From the NCBI GenBank assembly GCA_964036045.1, contig OZ038379.1, forward strand, positions 8,866,001-8,930,000: DNA of 64,000 nt, in the 5' to 3' direction. A model generated the notes under the pieces. The model searched no databases. It had not been told where the DNA came from and saw nothing but the letters and a program-made list of their open reading frames with translations. Origin of the DNA: Eutreptiella sp. 'Long Island Sound 2002'. Its lineage: Eukaryota; Protista; Euglenida. This document shows, piece by piece, positions 38,401-43,721 of the stretch (its first letter is position 1; every line of letters begins with the position of its first letter). A program made the position numbers and the translations under genes.

Positions 38401-41400
38401 AGGGAGGGGGCGGGGGTTGCTGTAGGCAGGCAAGCAACGGCAGTGTGCAGGACCCGCGTCCGAGGACACGCTGCGAACAACTCGGCGTGGTTCCAATCGC
38501 CGGCAAACCCACAGTGCGGCCTCCGGGCATTTCGGGACCCTCGGCTGTACTCCCAGATCGGTCAAGCAGCTGCGCCCCAGCCCCTGCGATCCCGCGACAT
38601 TGACTGCAGGAGTAGGGGGCTGCACCCACTCAAGCCTCACCTAAGCCTCACCCAAGTCCCACCAAACGGGGTGCGGACTGCAGGCGCCGCAACGCAAGAA
38701 TTATGCCCTTCCAACACAGAAACACCCACGCCTACCACAACAAGAAAAATCCCACCATTCAACAACTGTTTGGAGTCCCCATCCACAAAAAAAGCGGACG
38801 GGGATCTGTCGACGCCATCGCTCTCTACAAAGGAGAGACTACAGCCGCAGCTCAATGTGCCACGCGGACAAGGGACCTGTGGTGGAACCCGAAGAAATCC
38901 GTGTACAGGGGGGGGGGGGGGCTTCGTACAGGGATTATTTCGCCAAGGATAAATTCGGGGGGGCGGGATTTCGCTACGCTTGTGAATCCCCGAGCCCCAA
39001 CTGCACTGCACTGCACTGCACTGCACTGCACTGCCGACACCCCTGAATCTCGCCAGGGGAAATTTTCGCCACCTTCCTGCAACAGCAAAACGAAATTTTC
39101 CCACGAAGTTCTCCCCCCACGAAATCCCCCCCCCCTCTGTACGATATGAAAATGCGTTGCACACTCCATCTGCCAGCCGACTTATCGCGAAGGCCCACGG
39201 CAGGTGTACTGCCGGGCGCTCCGCAGGCTGAGCATCCCCAAGCCTCACCCCCCCCCAAAGCCCCAAGCCCCACCAGCCCCATCCCCCCATCACCCAACAC
39301 AGCACCCACGCCCCCCGAGCATCACGGAATGCTCAGCTTTTGTGTGTCGCCTGTTCATTGCATACATCATAGACCTTTGCCAACATGCCGCTTCACTGAC
39401 TGTACGTATCATTACCCTATGGTAACTACAATAAAGCGCTATGCTGCAGGTACATACACCTTCTGTGTGAACAGGGCCGTCCACCAGCCGCCAGCCCCAC
39501 CGACCCTTCCAAAGGGCTCCTTTGGCCACACAAAGGAGCACATACCCACCGCCGGAGACCGAACTCATGTAGTCAAACAGGTGCAAGAGGTTGTTGTCCT
39601 CCAACGACTCCATGACCCCCGCCATGTACGAGGCCGCCCGGATACCACCCCCAGAAAAGCAGATGCCTGGCATCACAAAGAGGGGCATGCGCAATGCAGA
39701 GGGGCTGGCCTTGGCCCTCGCCCTGACCCCGGGCCCGATTCTTCACATGGGCCCTCGCCCCAGGGAAAGTTCGGGCACCGTCACAGCTGTGGTGCCTCTT
39801 GGGCAGCCAAGTGCGGGAAATGTCCGCAGATCCAAAGTAAACCCCGCGGAACAGTGCATGCGAAATCAGCAGCTGTACGAGGGCCCCAAACAGAGAGACC
39901 AAGGCCGTTGTTTCAGCTGCTGCCCTGAAGGACGTCACGTCGCTTGAGGGCAAGCGCAAGTGCAAGTGCAGGAACCTGCGTTCGTGGCTGGGGGGGGGGG
40001 GGGGGGGATGGCGGCACCAATCTGAAAAAATAAATTTTCACCACGAAATTGACCCCTGCTGAACCCCCTTCCCCCGTGATTGACCGATCTGTGTACCAAG
40101 TGATACACCACGCCATGCCGGTAGCCCTTGCCGTAGCTTTTGCCACAGCCCTGTCCCTGGTCCTACACTTCAGCGTAGCCGTTGCCCTGGTCTTCGACTT
40201 AGCCCTTGCCCTGGTCTTTGCCGTGAAAACAGCCGGCGCCATGTGTAGCGAATCACGTACGAGTGCCCGGGTGCCTTCACAGGCAAGCACCATTGAAACT
40301 TGCTCGCCGCTGTACAAACGCACTGGCGGTTCAGTAGCGGGAAATGGGGGGGGGGGGGCAGGGATACGCTTGAGGCCGAAGGGGGGTTTCAAAAGATGGG
40401 ATCCACTAGGCTCGAGAGGGGGGGGTGAGACCTAATGAAGGTGAGCTCTCGAAAGGGAGGGTTGAGACCCCATGAAGGCGAGCTAAGCTCGAAGGGGGGG
40501 GCACACCTTCACAAAGCCTGGCCTTGTCAAAGCAAATCCCTATCATCGCAACGGGCCGCACATCATTTTCACGCACCACCAGCGTTCTTGCGTACCTTCC
40601 CATGCCTTCGCAAGGGCGTGCCCCAAAGGTCCAGCCGAAATGTGCCACCATCACAGGGCTCGTCCACCTACTCGGCGAGGCTATCAAACACCAGGCGACA
40701 CCACAAAGCGGCAAAGCGCTGTGCCGTCTTCCATCAACGTTGTCACAGCAACGCGAGGGTTGGGTGGGGGGGTGTTCCAGAAAGGCTGGTGGGGTCCGGT
40801 GCAGTACACCCCGTGCCCAGATGTCTGTTGTGTGCCCTGCTGTTGTTGATGGAGGTTGGGTCTGGGGGGCAGGATGTGGAGGGAGGGGGTGGGGGGGTCA
40901 TCAAAGGTACCGTGGGTGTGCCGTCGGTATGACGCACTCCGTTGTGTTTTGTTGAGGCGGGCCTCCGGGCGGTAGAGGGCCTTGGCGCCGGAGACACTTG
41001 GCGGTGCAGTGATGCAGCTGCGCGCTGTGCATCGTGTGTGGGTGCTGACCGGAATCCCTCACACGCCGAAGCGTGCTCCTGGCGTCGGGAGTCCGCCCGT
41101 ATCTCCTGACGAGGGCTAGTGGGTCAAGACACGGACGTTGGGGGGGAGGGGGCGGGGCAATTGGGGGGATTGGGGGGTCGGGGGAGCAGGGCCTCACGCA
41201 TGGGGCAGGGTCCCAGGTCACGGCCACCTTCCCTGCGGGACACCGGGGCTGAACCGCCTGCTGGTCCAGTTGGGGGGGGGGGGGGGGGGAGCAAAGCCAA
41301 AGCCCCCCGTTGATGATCCACCGCAGACCAAGCCATAGCACATGGCAAACACTCCCCTCGCGGCATTCCACGGACCCACACCGGACGGCTACAGGAGCCT

Positions 41401-42824
41401 GGGAAGCCCGGAAGGGCGGGGGGCACGCCGTGGGGGTGCGGACCGGGACGCCTGCCCGGCCCCCGACAAAGCCCGGCACAGGGGGTGGGGGGTGGGGGGG
41501 CGGATGTGAGGCACAATGACCCCATGACGCACTGATCATTTTGAGGCGTGTATCATGGGGCCATCAGACGGGTCGGCACAGAGGCCCATTTCACCAACAC
41601 CCCCTTCCCCGCCCCCTCTCCTTCGCAGGCGCGGCGTGTGCGTTTGACCCGACGTGCCTTTGATGGGGCGGCAGGTGCCCCGCGTTCGCGCCCCCACACA
41701 CGGGCCCGACGGTGTCTCCCGCCGGCGGGGTCCGTGGGCGGCTGTGTACAGTCCGTTCGGCCTTGGAACTGGACCAGCATGCGGTTCAGCCTCAGTGTCC
41801 GGCGGGGAAGGCGGCAGTGACCTGGGACCTGGGACCCTGTGTGACGCCCTGTCCCAGCCCAACCCAACCGCCCCACCTTCGCCGGGCCTCCGTGCCCCAG
41901 CCCCGCCCCCTGTGTGACATTCCGTCTGGTTGTTGCTCCTTTACAGGGCCCTGGACGGTCACCCGTTGTTCCTTTCGCATGTTGCGTCGGGTCGCTGCTT
42001 TCTGTCGGCCGCTGTGGCCGGTGCTCTTGCTGGTGTCGTTTCCGCGTTCGCGGAGCCCAGTGGTTAGTGTGTTGGGGCTGTGCTGGATGTGGCATGGTGT
42101 GCCGTTTGCGCGTCAGTGGCGCCCAATAGTTGGCGTATGGAGGATGTGCTGGTTGTTGCCGGGGTCGTTTGACTGTGTTTGCTGTCCACGCGCCTCTGTC
42201 CACAGGCCGTCCATAGCCTGCCCCGCTGTGTTTCCGTGTGCGTGAGACCCAGGTGCCCTGCTCCTCCACGCGTTGTCCCGACCGTCCACTACATGTGCCT
42301 TTCCCTCTCACGGCTGGTCTGCCCCCTGATGGGCTCCCGGTCCTGCTGCGCAAACAGCCCATCTGGGCTGCGGGAGCCCCCCCCCCCCCCCCCCCGGGAT
42401 GCATTAGAGGGGAAGGGACCTCAGAGCCGGCCTAGAGGCGGTTTGATAGGCGATTGGAGGAGGTTGCCAAAGCAGTTGGGGGCGGTTACTGTCGGTGATG
42501 CTGCCGTCAGGGAGACAGTGACTGGGCGTGGCTGGGCGCCCCCCTTCCAATGCATCCCTGCCCCCCCCCCCCCCCATTCCCGTCATGAAGCGATTTCCCA
42601 GCGTCGTCTGCCCATGGCAAGCGGTTGTCAACGGCGGACCTCGCACGGGCTCCTCAGCGCGCAGCCCCAGCTTGACCCGTTCCGTCACGATCCGCTTCCA
42701 CTCCACGTCCACGACCTTCTGGAACTCCGTCGGGTCCGTGCCCAGCGGCGTCAGGGCAAGCAAGGGATTGTGGTGCATCTGCTCGTCAAACCGGGGACTC
42801 TGCTGCGGCACTTCCAGTTCACTT
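1851..42824 (-). CDS. Multi-exon gene for a membrane-embedded patatin/cPLA2-like phospholipase (21 exons identified; 5' end and one internal segment between 39546 and 36956 unresolved)
   Basis: Motifs occur in the expected order on the minus strand: [13 protein letters not shown] and [11 protein letters not shown] (39.6 kb), HDMYRR|RL..AF (20.0/17.7 kb), [11 protein letters not shown] (17.5 kb), GMALSGAA (15.7 kb), LGEW (14.2 kb), [10 protein letters not shown] (13.0 kb), [14 protein letters not shown] (7.0 kb), [29 protein letters not shown] (4.6 kb). Nineteen consecutive exons from 36956 to 1851 join with AG/GT ends and matching phases. Confidence 0.85.
2106..2317. mobile_element. MITE with CAGGG-type terminal inverted repeats (TIRs), in a G-run
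   Basis: CAGGGCTTTGCTTGAAGG ... CCTTCAAGCGATTCCCTG (15/18 inverted match). Confidence 0.7.
4160..4400. repeat. About 240-bp dispersed repeat, near-identical inverted copy at about 35845-36090
   Basis: Direct comparison of the two regions. Confidence 0.9.
4478..4694 (-). CDS. Lipase gene exon (VVYP...[14 protein letters not shown]...[22 protein letters not shown])
   Basis: TTCCCAG| acceptor, |GTGCCA donor, conserved C-terminal FPH.ST..Q.F....F..YR.LG motif. Confidence 0.9.
6877..7005 (-). CDS. Lipase gene exon ([17 protein letters not shown]...[12 protein letters not shown])
   Basis: TGTGCAG| acceptor in phase 0 and family motif LL.R.c..Ii..Da..D; the donor position is less certain. Confidence 0.85.
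7770..9010. repeat. Degenerate AT-richer tandem repeat, about 7 units of roughly 160-210 bp
   Basis: Recurring TGGG(A/T)TCATCCATC at about 7797, 7954, 8127, 8285, 8449, 8657 and 8836, with recurring GTCCACTCTAC. Confidence 0.8.
9308..9750. repeat. 10-bp repeat (TGCTGCGGCA)n in three clusters, two sharing an upstream AATTTTGGCTCG
   Basis: Read directly at about 9318-9360, 9647-9690 and 9725-9750. Confidence 0.9.
9493..9565 (-). mobile_element. tRNA-derived SINE head or tRNA pseudogene
   Basis: A-box TAGCTCAGTGG and B-box-like GGTTCCATTCC; no acceptor stem. Confidence 0.55.
10690..11700. repeat. Foldback-like element with long imperfect inverted arms
   Basis: AAATGGGCAGGGAGATAG and ACAGCCCCAACCAG at 10.7-10.9 kb recur inverted at 11.5-11.7 kb. 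Confidence 0.6.
13000..13225 (-). CDS. Lipase gene exon carrying the catalytic Asp ([17 protein letters not shown])
   Basis: TCTCAG| acceptor, |GTCCTG donor, DGG...NLG motif. Confidence 0.9.
13690..13948. repeat. (GGGAGA)n homopurine microsatellite in an intron
   Basis: Read directly. Confidence 1.
14097..14226 (-). CDS. Lipase gene exon (GIDLGEWF...[24 protein letters not shown])
   Basis: TTTGAAG| acceptor, |GTCACG donor, LG.W motif plus TM helix. Confidence 0.85.
14408..14548. repeat. 21-bp tandem array TAACCGACGGCGGTTGGAGGG (about 7 units)
   Basis: Read directly; shorter arrays at about 29720-29780 and 34550-34590. Confidence 0.9.
15621..15724 (-). CDS. Lipase gene exon ([22 protein letters not shown]...)
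   Basis: CTCACAG| acceptor, |GTAGTC donor, L..aMAiSGAA motif. Confidence 0.9.
16400..16900 (+). pseudogene. Possible decayed LINE ORF2 C-terminal relic
   Basis: Stop-interrupted frame MDLDATRLL...MRQPLSAG...CNHPLHTMC*...ESLLWE loosely resembles the region around the LINE zinc motif. Confidence 0.3.
17495..17689 (-). CDS. Lipase gene exon ([10 protein letters not shown]...PYFICNCTV...[19 protein letters not shown])
   Basis: GTGCAG| acceptor, |GTTTGC donor, family motif PF.fS..yCGS..tGy. Confidence 0.9.
18954..19303. mobile_element. Dispersed repeat family A, copy 1 (TGTGTGACATTCCGTC... after a C-run)
   Basis: Near-identical to five other intronic copies. Confidence 0.85.
19980..20319 (-). 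CDS. Lipase gene exon, two TM segments ending in HDMYR
   Basis: TCTCAG| acceptor (alternative start at 20331, same phase), |GTGTGT donor; HDMYRR|RL motif is completed with the next exon. Confidence 0.8.
20795..21000 (-). CDS. Lipase gene exon, Pro/Thr/Ser-rich mucin-like linker ([15 protein letters not shown]...GTGCQSG)
   Basis: GGCCCAG| acceptor and |GTAGGC donor; phase 2 to 1 fits both neighbours. Synonymous variation among the PT codons indicates coding sequence. Confidence 0.7.
21667..21809 (-). CDS. Lipase gene exon, TM segment ([28 protein letters not shown]...DSIGCG)
   Basis: CTCCAG| acceptor, |GTGTGC donor, phase 0 to 2. Confidence 0.8.
22243..22330. repeat. Short tandem repeat of CTACTCCCCGT / CTACTCGTGT units
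   Basis: Read directly. Confidence 0.85.
22501..22632 (-). CDS. Lipase gene exon ([26 protein letters not shown]...LEVICVLL)
   Basis: TCTCACAG| acceptor, perfect |GTAAGT donor, 44 codons. Confidence 0.8.
24177..24370. repeat. About 190-bp dispersed repeat, direct copy at about 40925-41115
   Basis: Direct comparison of the two regions. Confidence 0.9.
25114..25209 (-). CDS. Lipase gene exon, TM segment ([32 protein letters not shown])
   Basis: ATCGCAG| acceptor, |GTACGT donor, phase 0-0. Confidence 0.8.
25632..25891. mobile_element. Family A copy 2 (truncated)
   Basis: Shared left end, C-runs on both sides. Confidence 0.85.
26122..26193 (-). CDS. Lipase gene exon ([24 protein letters not shown])
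   Basis: TTTTGCAG| acceptor, |GTGTGC donor, phase 0-0. Confidence 0.75.
27427..27474 (-). CDS. Lipase gene 48-nt exon, acidic ([16 protein letters not shown])
   Basis: GCCAG| acceptor, |GTACAC donor, phase 0-0. Confidence 0.7.
28661..28793 (-). CDS. Lipase gene exon, polar loop ([10 protein letters not shown]...[10 protein letters not shown])
   Basis: CCCCAG| acceptor, |GTACGG donor, open frame. Confidence 0.6.
30086..30207 (-). CDS. Possible lipase gene exon ([19 protein letters not shown]...QEPSLR)
   Basis: GATCAG| acceptor and |GTGTCT donor; phase 0 to 2 closes the chain between neighbouring exons. No diagnostic motif. Confidence 0.4.
30348..30660. mobile_element. Family A copy 3 (diverged)
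   Basis: Shared left end after a C-run. Confidence 0.8.
30801..30983. mobile_element. MITE with CAGGG-type TIRs (hAT-like)
   Basis: AGGGCTCCTTTTAA ... TTAAAAGGAGCCCT (14-bp perfect inverted repeat); flanks GGCTCTGC / GCCTCTGG resemble a decayed 8-bp target-site duplication (TSD). Confidence 0.7.
31065..31132 (-). CDS. Probable lipase gene exon, TM segment ([23 protein letters not shown])
   Basis: GGTAG| acceptor in phase 1 matches the previous exon; the donor position is uncertain. Confidence 0.5.
33387..33844. mobile_element. Family A copy 4 (long form)
   Basis: Shared left end after a C16 run. Confidence 0.85.
34188..34347 (-). CDS. Lipase gene exon, TM segments (GALGFIFYQ...[29 protein letters not shown])
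   Basis: TTTTGTAG| acceptor, |GTCACA donor, phase 0 to 1. Confidence 0.8.
36520..36770. mobile_element. Family A copy 5 (truncated)
   Basis: Shared left end, C-runs on both sides. Confidence 0.85.
36883..36956 (-). CDS. Lipase gene exon, TM segment ([24 protein letters not shown])
   Basis: CCGCAG| acceptor and hydrophobic helix. Donor is either GTGACG (exon end 36883) or GTGTAC (exon end 36853); both are phase 0. Confidence 0.6.
39546..39666 (-). CDS. Lipase gene exon with oxyanion loop and catalytic Ser ([10 protein letters not shown]...SSVSGGG)
   Basis: CCAG| acceptor, |GTATGT donor, patatin/cPLA2 motifs. Confidence 0.9.
41911..42375. mobile_element. Family A copy 6 (long form)
   Basis: Shared left end, C-runs on both sides. 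Confidence 0.85.
42394..42560. mobile_element. MITE with CAGGG-type TIRs, in a C-run
   Basis: GGGATGCATTAGAGGGG ... CCCCTTCCAATGCATCCCTG. Confidence 0.65.
42640..42824 (-). CDS. Lipase gene exon (most 5' exon found): SELEVPQQ...[13 protein letters not shown]
   Basis: Acceptor CTGCAG|, donor |GTCCGC in phase 1, joining to G|GC ATC of the SGGGIR exon. Confidence 0.65.
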
Positions 42825-43352
42825 CTGCAGACCCACAAGGCGTTGCCGGGACGGGCCGATGGCAGGGGATGCCCTGGGGGCAGGCACCGTCCCGTGCACG
42901 TCGCCCGAGGTTCGGGGAAGGTGAGGCCATGCCGTGGACGGGCCATTCCTTGCCAGCCGCACCCGCACACGGCCCAGCCCCCCCCCCCCCCCAACCCGGG
43001 ACCAACCGTTTTCGAGGCGCCCCCCCCTCCCGCCCAACATCCCCAGAAACGAGCGCTCATTTCGTCTGCCCCCCGGCCAGTGGGGCAGTATGCGCGCTGC
43101 TCCCGTGCGCCCCGCCCAGGGAGAGGGTGCCAACAACTTTCCCGTTGGCACGTGCTCACCGCCTCAACACCAAAACACCCAAACACATGCACATCGCGCG
43201 CGCACTCTGGCCATGCCCAAGCCGCAGGAAAGGCACACAAGTGACCGTGGGCATCGACACAGAAACACACGCAGACCCGGATTAGATGTTGTCCTGATGA
43301 AAAGGGAATGGGGTGTCCCAACACAAGGGCGGTCGCGCAGGTTCCGTTATAA

Positions 43353-43377
43353 GTGTGTTGTGTGTGTGTGTGTGTGT

Positions 43378-43459
<82 letters not shown>

Positions 43460-43484
43460 CGTGTGTGTGTGTATGTGTGTGTGT

Positions 43485-43532
<48 letters not shown>

Positions 43533-43553
43533 TGTGTGTGTGTTTGTGTGTGT

Positions 43554-43590
<37 letters not shown>
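43353..43590. repeat. (GT)n microsatellite
   Basis: Read directly. Confidence 1.
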
Positions 43591-43591
<1 letters not shown>

Positions 43592-43721
43592 TCTGTACTT
43601 TTAGAGGTGGATCCTTGTGCAGCGTTGGGCTGGACGCCTCATTTGGCTCAGGTCTGCTGAGGCCTCTTTGTGACGTTGTTTCCCTCCCTTCTGCGGAATC
43701 AGAACCTCTGTATTTTGCTGG

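Larger units (their letters stand above)
2702..40494. repeat. Family B terminal motif GACCTAAT(T/G)(G/A)AGGTGAGCTAAGCGAAGGTG, 8 dispersed instances
   Basis: At about 2702, 6499, 6601, 17861, 23059, 38338, 40428 and 40464; same orientation, most preceded by G-rich runs. Confidence 0.8.

Noticed and set aside
40049-40435. Plus-strand hydrophobic ORF ([14 protein letters not shown]...)
   Set aside because: Arises from a degenerate GCCCT(G/T) repeat; no splice or homology support.
18785-42404. Protein-coding role for frames running through family A (e.g. 41553-42404, 33116-33808)
   Set aside because: Low-complexity products, broken by indels in other copies; open frames are expected at this GC content.
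2012-42639. Euglenid-type non-conventional introns
   Set aside because: All inferred introns have GT-AG ends and I saw no end-to-end complementarity in those inspected.
43294-43300. CTGATGA hammerhead core next to the retroelement stack
   Set aside because: No GAAA and stems in a compatible arrangement.
43281-43352. Missing N-terminus of the PLE GIY-YIG displaced by the LINE copy 2 insertion (..RFRYKCVV)
   Set aside because: No convincing GIY-like strand and no similarity to the PLE 3' region; simple 5' truncation fits better, though not excluded.
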